This document shows positions 1 through 13,600 of a stretch of DNA of 64,000 nt, one piece after another. Under the pieces are notes generated by a model. The model did no database searches. It was given only the letters and a program-made list of their open reading frames with translations, and was not told the DNA's origin. Made by a program: the position numbers and the translations under genes. Origin of the DNA: Eledone cirrhosa (lineage: Eukaryota); contig OZ024746.1 in the NCBI GenBank assembly GCA_964016885.1, positions 63,674,001 through 63,738,000 on the forward strand, given 5' to 3'. The stretch's first letter is position 1, and each line of letters begins with the position of its first letter.

Positions 1-1719
1 ATAAGCATTGTATTTCTTGGTGCATTTTGTCAATTTCTTTGTAAGACTTCTCTGCTGCAATAGTTTCACTAGGGTTTAAGAAATAGATGATGATTCCATT
101 TACCTATCAAACAGCAACCACAACTTACTTTTGATGCTACTTTGGTTTGGGAAAATGTTTTGGTGTTTTACTTCAGTCCAACCAGTGTGGAACATCATGA
201 GTTGTCCTATCGAATCTATTTTTTGTGTGACAGGTCACAATATGATAAAAACATGTATTAATTTTGGTGCACAAAACAAATGTAGAACAGACTTCCTAAT
301 AATGATTTAAAAAAAACTATTTTTGTTCAGTTCATGTGGTACTTATTTAAGCTTTTTAGCCATTTTGGTGTGATGTAAATGTTGAACAACTGTTAAATGA
401 TCATTGTTTAGTTCTTCTGAAACTTCTTACTTGTTTTGCATGGATCTATTTCACTAATGGCCTTAATTGTACAAGTTGTCTGCAATCTCCTTCCTTTTTG
501 AGGTTCTTGCCTCCATTACAAAATTTTTGGAACTAATGTTGAACTGTACGTTCGTTGACAGCCTAAAATGGCTGCATTCCATTTTGTCCTTGTACAATAA
601 AATCACTTGATTTTGCTTTTTTTCCATTTTTAATTTGATAGTCTAAAATAAATAAGAAAAATCAATGAAAGTAAAACCAACATAAACCAGTAGAGTGGAA
701 CGTGCACTTTAAAATGGTCCATATATATGATATATGAACATAGTTAAAACGATATTCCAAAATAAGTTTCAAATAACAAAGATCTTAAATATTTTTGCAA
801 GCTGATAACAATGGCTAAGCCTAAATTACTGATGAATTACTGACAACTGGAAGTGTGTTAGAGAAGGGGACATATCTCATACAAGTTAAATGAAGTATTA
901 TTTATTATAAAGCTTACATTCTGATGAATGAGGCAATAATTGTTTTAGAATAATGCTGTTTATATATAAAGTTATGATATAATACTGTAGTTTTTTAAAT
1001 TTTCCTTAATTTCCTTTGTGTGTGTTTAAACTTCATGAACTCATGGTTAATTTAATTTTTTTTAAATGATTTTTCCTCTAGTTTGATTGATCTACAGAAT
1101 TAATATGAATTTTTAGACACTTGAATGTCTGTTATAGCTAATCACTAATGCTTAATTATGGGTTTTCTTACTGGCAATTAAATTTCTAATGATAAATTGA
1201 TCTTTGGATTAGATAACTAACTAGCCTTTCAATCATTTTACTTTGGCAACACTTGTTTTAAATTCCTTATAATAATATTCATTATATCTGTATCTTCAAA
1301 CTCCATAATCACTTGGCAGTATACTACAAGAAAAAAGAATGATTTGACATTCACAAGTTCTTATGGGAATAATTGAAAACCAACTGTTACAATTATGTTG
1401 TGGAAGAGTCATTTTATCTATTCAAAAAATACAAAAACTGCTGTTTTCACTTTCCATTTATTTTGTGGTGTCAAAATTTTCATTGCATACTTGGCAATCT
1501 GGTTACTGACACAGTTTCACTGCATCATGTGTCACCTGCCAAAGTACAAGTCTGAAACTCTTATACAGTCATTTATTAGCTACATTGTATAACATTTTTA
1601 TTTGGTCTATATAGAAATTTATATTAAGTTACAAATATATTTGGACAGCTTTGAAATAGTAAATGCAGTAGACTGTTTGAAGCAAATATTGCTTATTTTC
1701 TTGTGTTAATAGGAAACTA

Positions 1720-2055
1720 AGTTTTTCTTCAGCATTCAAATTTTGTAAAGCATGCTTCGATAAATGTGCAATAACAACAAAGTATGGATGAATTGAGGAA
1801 GAACTGGGTATAAGAGGTATCAAATGTAGTGTGCAGGAAAGGAGACTGTTGGTATGGACATGTGATGCACATAGAGGGAGGGATGCGGTAATAGAAGAAA
1901 ACCTGGGTGGAAGTGGTGAGAGCTGATCTCAGATAGCTAAAGCTCACAGATGAGATGACAAAGGAACACAAGTGGAGAGGTGCTGTATTGAGAAGGACCC
2001 ATCCAACCCATGCAAGCATGGAACAATGGATGTAAAATGACAATGATGATGTTAT
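1720..2055 (+). mobile_element. Decayed RTE LINE 3' fragment
   Basis: tggtatggacatgtgatg (WYGHVM) remnant and the 3' tail ccaacccatgcaagcatggaa...gatgatg shared with the LINE at 59.6-63.3 kb. Confidence 0.7.
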
Positions 2056-3075
2056 TACTCTAATTTCTTAAGTTGTGGAAATAAACTTCAGATATTTTTT
2101 ATTTAGAATGTTTATATTATGATGATCTTGTTTGTCAATAATTCTGAAATACAGATTCATTTGGTTGACATTTTAGGTAGCCTCAGTCTTCAAGTTGAAG
2201 CTGATATAATTGTTTGTAATATATGTAACTTCAGGCTTCTTGCTTTCTTGACCACTACAATTTGCAGAAATTCAAAAGCGACATCAATTGCCATCTTCTC
2301 TCTCCTTGAATTATGTTCTCTCTGTCTTGTCCTTCTTTCTCAGTAACCCTTTGCATTAGTAATACTAACGACATTAAATTAACAATTAAGAAAAAGCATC
2401 AATTGATTCAGTGTTGCAGAATAAACAAGAATCAGCCATTTATATATTCAGCTTTCTTGTACCCAGAATTTAGTGGTGCACTTAGAACAGAGGCAAATTT
2501 ATTGTATTCAAGTTTAAATCCATGCTATTTTAGATAGACAACTGATACAGATACACTTACACATTTTACCGTCTCTAAGGGCAGTTTACCCAGTTTTCTC
2601 AACTATTATCTCATGATCGACTGAACTTCACAAAGGTAATTGTTAGAATACAAAAGAAGTTGTCCACAAATGATGTGACACTAAAAGTAAATGTGGTGAG
2701 AGACTAGAGGCTACAGTGTTTGGCAATCAAATAGAGACAATGTAGTGTCTGAGAACATTTTTCAGTCTGGTTTAGCATGTGAAAACCTCGCTTGTGTTGG
2801 TGTCACAAAAAATGCACCCAGTACACTTTGTAAGGTGGTTGGCATTAGGAAGGTCATGTAATGAGCAAGATTAGCTGCTCCTTCCTGTCTGGTCTCAGAC
2901 TACAACAGCTCATCCAACCCATGTCAACGTAGAAAGAGGAAATGAATAAGTAAATTTTAAAATTTGCCTAATTTGCATGTCATTCTGCTAGGATCAATGA
3001 GAATGTATTGCTTAAGTATTAGGTCAATTTAGTCAACATACCCAACATATGCAAAATTGTTGTCTTGAGTCTTTT

Positions 3076-3412
3076 CATCATCATTTCATTTTACGTCCAC
3101 TTTTCCCTGCTTGCAAGGGTGGGACGGGAACTGATTCTGGCTTGATTTCTACAGCTGGGTGCCCTTCCTAACACCAATCTCATTTACAGTGAGTGCTGGG
3201 TGCTTTTTTACCGTGGCACCTCCACGACCACTTTGCAGTGGAATGATAGGGACTGGGGTCCCTATCATCTCATTTCTACAGCTGAGTAAACTGGAGCAAT
3301 GTGAAATAAAGTGTCTTGCTCAAGGAAACAACACATCACCCGGTCTGAGAATTGAACTCACAACCTTTCGATTGCAAGGCCAATGCTCTAACCACTAAGC
3401 AATGTGCCTCCA
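3076..3412 (-). mobile_element. tRNA-derived SINE (family B: CORE-like body, RTE-derived tail)
   Basis: Minus strand: ggaggcacattgcttagtggttagagc A-box, gagttcaattc B-box, tccttgagcaagacactt body, aggaagggca...ggacgtaaaatga tail; near-identical to copies at 16.5, 51.3, 56.2 and 58.5 kb. Confidence 0.8.
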
Positions 3413-3585
3413 TTTTATAGAAATCAATTATTTCTTTAAAAAATACAGCATTATTTCCAAAATTCATTGTATTATAAGTATTGTTAGACTTGTTTATTGA
3501 TCAATGCTTTTGTCCCTTTCACTTTAACGTTTCGTATTTTTTTTTCTTCAGCAGGTAAAAGGCTTTACATATAAGCTGTATCCTG

Positions 3586-4617
3586 ATGGAGACATCAGTC
3601 AGCAATACCTCTTGGGAAGATGAAGCAAAGTCAGATGAGGCTTCTTCCAGTGAAGAAAGTGAACATGATAACAAAAGTGAATTTGGAGAAGAGGAGGAAG
3701 AGGAGGAGGAAGAAGAAAGCAGGGATGAGGATGCATCTGATAGTATGATACATGACAATGCATCAGATAGTGTGATACAAGATAATGCATCGGATGGTAT
3801 GATGCAAGACAATACATCCGATGGTATGATGCAAGATAATGCATCTGATGCTATGTTACAAGACAATGCATCTGAAGGTACAATGCACCACAAAGCATCT
3901 GAGGGTGTAATGCACCACAAGGCATCTCCATCAAAAGATATTGGTGATAATGTACCTGAGGATAATACATCAGCTGAAGATAAGATCTTGTTTGATAATA
4001 GTGACAATGCTGATACAAGTTGTGAGAAAGATGAAGATAGTTTTGCTGAGGAAAATGAAGATTTAGAGGATGTAAAGACTAAACCAGCTGCAGATATAGG
4101 CAATGACTCTTCAGATGCTTTAAATGAAACCAAAATAACTGAATGTAATGAGGAAAAAAAAGATGTGGAAGACCCTAACACTGATGAAGTTGAACAAAAT
4201 AATTTAGCTGATTCTAGCAATGAAGAAGGGTTTGGTGGGAATTCTTCTAATGAAAATTTGTCTGAGTCAGAGCTTAAAGTAACATCATCAGTGCCAACAT
4301 CTAGCAATGATAAAGATAATGATGCTAAAGAAATTGAAAATTCAAAGCAAAATGTACATAGATTTGATAGAGAGAATGAACAGAATGCTAATGAAGATAG
4401 TGTAAAAATTAGTCCAATTGAACACCGGTTAAGTGAGAAGAGAATAGTTAAAATCCGTGATAGTGGCAGTCTTCCACACCCATCATTATCAGAAGAGCAC
4501 GTAGAGTTGGATTATGATGAAGAAGATATGGAAGAACCATCAACAAGAACAGTTTCTATAGAAGTTAAAACTGACAAGGAAGAAAAAGATGATGGAGAAT
4601 GGGATAAAGAGAAAAAA
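3586..4617 (+). CDS. ZC3H18: ZC3H18 coding exon 1 (acidic N-terminus, ELDYDEE motif)
   Basis: Polypyrimidine acceptor ttttcttcagcag at about 3551-3554, ATG at 3586, donor GTAAGA at 4618; long acidic ORF. Confidence 0.85.
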
Positions 4618-7600
4618 GTAAGACTTGATTGTTTCTTTTTCTTTTCTACTTTTTATCAATCACAAGACAGAACCAGTTGGTCTTTGAGGCCACTGTGAGC
4701 CACGAGCTGGAAATGTTATGTGAATTCAGTTCTTTGGTAGAGAGATGATGAAGACAGTAGAACTCTTTGAGTGCCCAAAACATACTGCTTTGTCTTTTAC
4801 CTCCCACCCTTTCGGTACCAAAGGCAACTCTGGTATGTTTTAGTTTAGTTAGTAAAGCGAAGGTTCAAAAAGTAAATAAAGCATATTTTATCAAAATATT
4901 TTAAACAAGTTTTTTGTAAAATGCTAAATTTAACATGTAATCTTGACCTAGGGTAGTAAAGTAACAAAAATGGTACTGGCACTCAGAGTTAATGTGTAGC
5001 ATCTCATTGCACCAGGATCAATTTCCACTGTCTTGTGTCTAATCAAAAGTAATGAATACTTCTTAATTAATGGCAAAATTAATTACACTGGAACTGAGTT
5101 TCATAGTAATCATACAGAAGAACAGTTATGTTGTTTCAGTGGGTGGCTTAATAGACACACACAGATGGGGAGACAGTTTCAATGGGTGGTTTAGTAGACA
5201 GACAAAGGGAAACAGTTTCAATGGGTGGTTTAGTAGAGACAGAGAAAGGAGATGGTTTTAATGGGTCGTTTTAGTCGAGATAATTTCAATGATTGGTTTA
5301 GTAGAGATCGAGTGGGAGTCAGTTTTAATGAGTGGTTTTAGTAGAGACAGAGAGGGAAACAATTTTAATGGGTGATTTAGTAGAAACAAAGGGAGACAAT
5401 TTTAATGGGTGGTTTAATAGAGACAGACAAAGGGAGACAGTTTCAATGGGTGGTTTAGTAGAGACAGACAGACAAACGGAGACAGTTTTAATGGGTGGTT
5501 TAGTAAGGAAGACAGAAAATTTAGTTTGGATGGTAAATGGTAGAAAGTGAGATGCAAAAGTAGTTTTGGGTGGAATCAGGACATGAGAAGTTATAGAGTA
5601 GGTGGCAAAAGGAAGCTGTAAAAATTTATTGATATGTCAGGGAAAGGATTTCTGTGATAGAATGCTTTAATGGTTGTCATGTTTCTGTTTAAACTTCTGG
5701 TTATTATAATTAAAATGAGGTAGTATTTAAAAATTGTTGCATTTTGTTTGAACTATAGAATATAATATCATCATCATTGTTTAACGTCTATCTTCCATGC
5801 TAGCATGGGTTAGACGGTATATATTAATCTATCTAAATTAAATTTATTGTAGTTAAACAGTAAATACATGTTAACATTTAAACAAAGTGAAGCATGCAGA
5901 CAAAACGTTTTACAGCTCATATCTCTGTAGGTTTAGCTGGTCTCCTATGAGGTTGTATCTCATAGGAGGTTTCTTGGGTGTTTTAATGATAGAGACTTTA
6001 GTCCTATCCTGAAAAGCAATGTGAAATGAAGTGTCTTACTGAAGAACACAACCTGCTGTCCAGTCCAGGAATTCAACCCACTTCCTTGTGATCATGAGGC
6101 CAATACTCTAACTACTAGGCCACGTCTTCAACACAGACAAAGAGTATATAAGAGAAATGTGTGTGTTCATATTTTCTCCTTTCAATCTACACACTTCACT
6201 TAGTTTAAATGCAAATGTGAATTATTTTTCATGTTGATTGTAACATTTGTACTGATTATTCTAATTGAAACAGTAAATGTACAAATTGTTCACATTAAGA
6301 ACATTTAGATTTAAAAAAAAATAAGATTCTGAAGTTACGTTTTCTATATTTCTCATAAATGTTAAACAAGGGGTAAGCTAGTTTCTATGTTGTTGAATAA
6401 TGGTTAAATATATTTTTGAAAGTGTAGTGTAATTAAAGTAACTGAAATTACAAACTATTGAAACTATTTTCCTTTGTTAAAATGGTGTATAAAATTTCAG
6501 TCAATACAACTGATTGAATTATCTGAATTATTTATAGAAAAATTCTTAATGTAAGACAAAGATTTATAATAAGTAAGATATAGGAAAGCAAAAATGATAC
6601 AATTTTTCGATGATAATTTTCTGTCCATTTTTCCATACTGGCATGGGTTCAGTGAGACAATTATAGTTGAATGCTCTTACTGATGGCAACTCTTATTTGT
6701 TTTTAAGTATGGTACTGATCTTTGCATGTCTGACCATGGGATTTCTGTTTATGTGAGACATAGACAATTATTACTACCTGTGTAAAGTGAAGAGACAGAG
6801 ATGAACAAATACAGACACACTCACTCATACTCATATATATGACAGGCTTCCATCTAGTTTCTGTCTACCAGTTTCACTCACAAAGCATTGATTAGCTTCA
6901 GGTGATACTTGCCCAGTGTGTCACACAGTAGAATAGAACATGAAAGCATGTGGTTGATGAAAGTTCTATTTATTATATTAGCCTACACAAGAAGAAATAT
7001 AATTGATATTTACATTTTTGTTTTTTAATCATATTTTTACATTGAATTTCTTTTATCTTTTGCCCTGAAGAAAAAAAAAGATTCTTATTTAAAGAAAAAA
7101 AAAATAAATGCAACAAATTTATTTTCTATAATTTTGATACATTAAAAAATTTGATTCATAATCACAATAAAAATATAAATAATATCTGAATGTTGTGAGA
7201 ATATATGAAGGTTTCATGTCCACAGACTATAGTTTATTATTGTGGTCTTTAACATGCTTTGTTTATTGTTTTCTTTGGTTAAAATCTTTCCATTAAATTT
7301 AGGATATATTCAACAATTTAAATGGATTATTTTTCTCTTGGATTACCTGGCATATTGATCAAATTTACCAGCTGAATTTACCAATAATTATTACCATAAA
7401 TCTATCTTATACTTTTGCACTCAAACACCTTAACATTCAGTCGTAGGAAATATTCATTTATTTACTTCATTTCATTACACATAAATTCTGATTTATGGAT
7501 TTATCTAAAGATGTAAAACCTCTTGGATATTGAAAATACAAACATTTTTTATTGTCTGAAGGTAAGTTCTGTAGCTAGAAATATTACCATTATTATTTTC

Positions 7601-10600
7601 TTTTATTGACTTCCATTCTAAGCAAAAATAAGCCTGCAAGTTGGCTGAATCATTAGAGTGTTGGATAGAACGTATTGTGGTATTCCGGTTCTTTGTGCTC
7701 TGAGTTCAGATCCTGCCAACATTGACTTTCATCCATCTGGGGATTGATAAAGTACTAATCTGCTACTGGGGCCAATTCTTCTATCACACATTTATACTCT
7801 TCTTCACACCCCCTTTCTTTTTCACATTCTCCCTCTCTCTTCTCTCTCTGGCAGAAATCAGCTGTTTTCAGACCTGGTGAGGGATGAGCTCCACCAGGTA
7901 CAAAATGCCCAGGATGCCAGGATGGCGCTCATTAGCAGTTAAGGGCCTAACAATTCTAATCATAGACTGGGCTTTTTTTATATCACTATTTACTGATTTC
8001 TGTTTTTTTAATAATTAATTTTCATTAATTTATTTGGTGTATGTCTAAACTTACAACATGAAATTGAAAACAAATTTTGTTTTTATTTTAAAGGAGGCTG
8101 TGTTGTCAGATAAAGATGATGGCGAAGTCGATGATGTAAGTATAGTTTTTTTCATTCAAGTTTTATTTCTGTGAATCTCAACCCTTATTTTTACTATCAT
8201 CATCATTAAAGATGATGGTGGATTGATAGAATATTTAGATTGTTGGACTAATATGATGTGTGGTATTTGATCTGGCTCATTATGTTCTGAGTTCAAATCC
8301 CACTGAGGTCAGTTTTACGTTTTATCTTTTTGGCATCAGTAAAATATGATCAAGTACTGGAGTTATGTTTGACTGTTCTCTTGCACTAAATTTCTGATGG
8401 CTGTGGATTAGCAGAATCCTTACAATGTTGAATAAAATTCTTTTTGGTATTTGTTGTGGGTTTTTATATTCTGAGTTCAAATTCTGCCACAGTTAATTTT
8501 GTCTTTCAAATCATCTGGGGTCGATAAAATAAGGTATCAATTATGTGCAGGGGTGATATGATCAACAGTTTTTGTCTTGCTAAATTTGTGGCCTATTAGA
8601 AATTATTATGATAATGATGGTGATGATTATTATTATCATTAAGGAGCTGAATTACTGATAACATTGTCATTAATTCAGCCTTGTTATAGTCCAATGTTTT
8701 ATGCCCCTAACATAGATACAGTTCACTGCATATTTCAATCTACTTGGTGAATTAATTACCAGTTCTTGAGTGGTTAACTGTAAAAGCACTCATTCAAAAT
8801 TGTTAAATAGCCTTGATACCATAGAAAAATGAATGTAGAGAAATATACAAGGTTAATATTAGGTTCCATGAAACATTTTTTTATCTGAATTATTTTAATT
8901 TATGAAAGGTGGAAAATCTATTGGTTTATGTAACTGTGTTAAGGAAAAGTACATTGAATCATGAAACATGACTAGTTGGAAAAATATTCATAGGTTTTGT
9001 CGTATAATGAAATTAAGCCTGAATTTCCAGTTCTCTATTCAAATTTTATCAAGGTCATTTTTGTTCCTTCATTCTTTTGGAGATAAAGTAGCAGTCTATG
9101 GTGGTGGATTGGGGGAAATTTTAGTCTCGGATGAAATTCTTTGTGGTATCTGTTACAGCTCTGCATTCTGACGGCAACACATGTGATAATACTTTGACAA
9201 CATCAGTGGCATGGAAAGGGAAGACTGATGTCTATATTAGAAATTTGGCAGAATCAGTAGAGCATTGGACAAAAGGCCATATTCTTGCTTCAAATCCTGC
9301 CTTGGTCAAGTTTGCCGATCATCTTTCTGGAGTTAAAGTAAAGTAACAGTCAAGTATTAAGCTCAATATCAACTAAACCCCTTCTCCAAAGTTTCTGGCT
9401 TTGTATTTACATTAGTAATGATTATTATCGAGTTTAAATCTTGTTGAGGTCAACTTTTTGCTTCTTATCCTGCCGAGGTCGATAAAATAAAGTACCAGTA
9501 ATGCACTGGGGTCAATATAATCGATTTTACCGTCCCCCAAAATTGCTGGCCTTGTGCCAATGTTAGAAAGAATTATTATCCTAATAATGAAATTATTATT
9601 ATTTTGAAGGATGATGATTGTGAAGAAGGTGAAATCCGTGAACCTGGGAGCAAAAAACCATTCCAAAAACCACTTTGTCGATTCTTTGCTAAAGGTCAAT
9701 GTACATGGGGTGCTTCCTGTAGATTTTTACATCCAGGCGTCAATGATAAAGGTTATATTTGTTCTTTATTTTATCTTGTAATGTAAATCATTTTTAAGAC
9801 TTCATTAATATATATAACACTTGATAAAAAACCATTGCCTGTAAAAAGAAACATTAAAATAATGTTTTGACATTTATCAAATATCAAAAATAAAAGAATC
9901 TTTAATTTTGTGAAAATAAGCCTCAATATACAATAATAATTTTCAGTAATAACCATTTATATTTCATGACTTACATGTAATGGGGTTATTTACTTGGGTT
10001 CAAATGTTGGTAATAGGGAAGCTATAAATAAGTTGAACTTTTTTAAGTTGGTCCATCTGTTATAAGTATTTGGTTCTTGGCCTAATGGTTAGGGTGTTGG
10101 ACTCCTGGTAATAAGGTTGAGGATTAAATTCCTGGCCCGAGTGGCATGTTATGTCTTTGAGAAAGATATTTCATTTTACTTTGTTTTATTTCAACCTACT
10201 AAAAGACAAATCAGTATCAACTATAGCAGTTGAAGATTAACCTCTGCAACAAACTTAATGTCTTGTCCAGGGGAAGTCTTTTCATGATAGGATTGGGAAC
10301 CTTATCTTTAAAATACTTGAGAAACCTATACGATGCAACCTCACAGAAGGTCTGTTAAACCTACATAAGTGTCATCTGTAACAATGCCCATTATGAGAAA
10401 GTTATGTCTGCATGGATGATTAATATTTTTCAATGGTAGTAAAAAGCCAAAAATTCAAGTCTGTTCTTGAGGTGAGAATATTTCAAATCATCAGTTGGTG
10501 CATGATGCAGACATGGCTGTGTACTAAAAGGGTTGCTTTGCATACGGCCTGTGTAGTTTGATTGCACTGTGTGGCATATTGGACAATTGTTTTCTAGTAT

Positions 10601-13600
10601 AGCTTTGGAGCAACCAAAGACTTGTGAATTATACTTGATAGACAGAAACTGTGGAAGCCAATCAGAGAGGCCATTATTGCATGGTAGACTTAATCTGCAG
10701 CCTGGTTCAAGACCACACCTGGTACTTAGGTGTCTTTAGCAGAGTCCACTGAGGATAATTTCTTCCTTCCTCCACCAGTCTCTGAAATTTAAAGGGCCAT
10801 GGATGCCATTCTTTGCCATAAAGAAAATAATAAAAAACAAAGCAAAAAACATTTTATTGAAAGAACAAAGTGGATTGCCAATAGTCACTGGTCAGACCTG
10901 ATAAAGCAGACCTATAATTAAAGATATTCCAGTTATTTTCTTACACAATATATGTAGGAGTACATTATTCAACATATCCACTTTTTTAAGCTGGCAGGTT
11001 GTGATACATGGGAGATTTGGGTGTTATTTCTAGTAGGTTGAGAGGACATATAAAGGTTCCCTTTTTGGCTGAATAAAGTGAAATGTTTATCACCTCTTGT
11101 GTAGCAGTAAGGATAGATGTTCTATTCTTACTAATGACTAAAAACTTCCGTTATTCAAATGATAAAATAAGTTAGTGCATGGCCATTCTCAAGAGAATAA
11201 AGGACAGAAAATTTCTGGCTAGCTTTATCCAGCAAACTTTTGCAAAGCAGTATTCCAAGTGAAATATTAGAATACACCTCACTTCACAGTTCACAAATTT
11301 ATTTCATTTTTTATAATTTCTTTAATTGCTTTTTGCTGATGCCGACTATCCCTAATTTACTTAAACCCTATTTAAAAATTTTTTTTAATTTGCTGACAAA
11401 ACACTTATGTTTGTATATTTTCCTCAACTCATTAATTATTTTGTCATGATGTAATTTGATATCAGTGATCAATCAAATTTTTAAATGGTACCATCAATTA
11501 AATTCTGGCTATTATAGGCAATTATCGTCTAATCGAGCGTCCTGGCTTCAACAATGGGTTTGGAATGACAACCAGCATAAGAGGTAGAAGGCCACCATTT
11601 GGGGCTGCTGCACCTTGGGTGCCTGATGTAAGTATTTTGTGAATTTCTTGCTATAGTAAAACAGACGCACGTTATTAGGAATATTTGCTTAGATGTTAAA
11701 ATCGGACGTTCCTCTAAAAAGTTTTCCCATGTGCAACTTTGCCTTGTTTTTTGCGCAAAGTCGAACCCTCGCTTCAGTTTTATTGATTTTTTACATGAAT
11801 GTGTGACCTCTGAAGTAGATTTGAGTAGCTAAAAACCTGTCCCGGTAAATTTGCTATAGGTGAAAAAAAGTTGATCAAAATTGTGTCTAGGGTTATTGCC
11901 CTTTGCAACAGCCTCAACGTGTCTTTAAGTATGGTTTGTTAATTTGTTGTGGAACTAAATCGACTTTCGTCAAATCGGACCGACGAAACAATGTTTCCAT
12001 TTGTCTTTCTAGCTGGTGTACCCGGTTACACTCGGGGTTATAAGGCGCTGGATTTAAACGGGTCTGCGCTAAATTCCATCAGGATGCTTTAACCGAAATA
12101 AATGAAGAACAAACGTTTCTTTTTGTGCTCCAATCTGTGATATTGGTATTTTGAAAAAATAGTCCACAAACATCCATGGAGCATGTATCAGGTTATGAGA
12201 AAAAGGGTTTTCGATTCTTAAAAAAAAAGGTTTTTGATACGCAAATAAACCAGGATTTTAAGCCACTGCCCAATTCATAGCTGAAAGGTAGGAATCAAGT
12301 GGAATAATGTTTTGCGACATTGTCAAATGTACAACCGTACAAAAGCAAAGGATATAGCCATTGAAATCTAGGTAGACCAAAGAATTTGGTGGGTTGTATA
12401 TCAGAGGATTGTTTTCCTTGTGATTCGCGTCTAGCCTACAAAGTGAAGTTAGATGATTGTAGTCGGTGTTGTATCACTAAAAAATAAAAGCATACGGAAG
12501 ACTGAACACTTACGAATTAAGTGAAAATCATGTTGATATTCCTATCGGAGCAACATGTACCGAAAAACCAGACGGACTGTTGTGTCAATATTGAAATCGT
12601 AGAAATTGTGAATCCCGACTACTAAGATGTAATGGAGTTGAAGAGGAAGAATTGGTACAATTGTTTTGCTGAACATGTTGACCATTAATTTAAATAGACT
12701 TACGCAGCATCATCGTGCAATTTTGTTGTTTATGGCCTAGAATGAGGGCCGGTTAAACGCGGCAGAAAAATAAGCCATGCTGATGATGTTTAGGGGCGTC
12801 GCAGGGAATAGATGCGGCGTTGTGAGTCAATTGTGAGGACAGTGGAAGGCACGCTGATCACTTGAGAAGACGCGATGCTACACAGGATGCTTCTCGGCCA
12901 TAATTGACAGAAAGGCATGTCAGGAGAAATGAAAGAGTTGCTATTCATCCTTTGCTTAGCATGATGAACATGTAATAAAAACATTTACCATGGACTATCG
13001 TGCACGTTGGTACTGTGTTTAGAATGCGAAAATCGGTGGTCAAATGGGGCAACAATAAGCCATGCTGATGACGTTTAAGCGGGTGGCAAGGAATTGATGC
13101 AGCATAGATAGTCATGGGAGTCTTGAAGGAGCACGGCAGTCAGACAAAAGAAAGGGTTGAGGAGGGGATGGTGGCTGACAGTGCATGGATGTGGCATCCT
13201 GAGGCATGACGATGCAGTGGGATGACGGCCAGCAGGCAAGGAACAGGGCAGAGGTGGACGGTGGCAAGGATGCTGCATGGTGAGCCATGGCAGTCTTGAA
13301 GGAGCACTGTGGGCAGGTAAAACAAAGGGCTGAGGAGGGGATGGTGGCTGACAGAGCATTGATGCGGCATGGTGATGCATGACGATGCAGTGGGATGACG
13401 GCGTGCAGGGGTTGACGGTGGCAGGGATGCGACTTGGTCCCTCAAGACTGCCATGCCTAGGCAGTGGAAAGGGTCGGGGAGTGGATGGCGGCTGACAGGG
13501 CAGGGATGCAACATGATGAGGCATGACGAAAGGGCAGGGTGCATGGTGGCCGACAGGGCGTGGATGCGGCCTGCCAATTGAGTTGCACCTCGGGAATGTA

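Noticed and set aside
3519-4307. 262-aa minus-strand ORF
   Set aside because: Antisense shadow of the acidic ZC3H18 exon.
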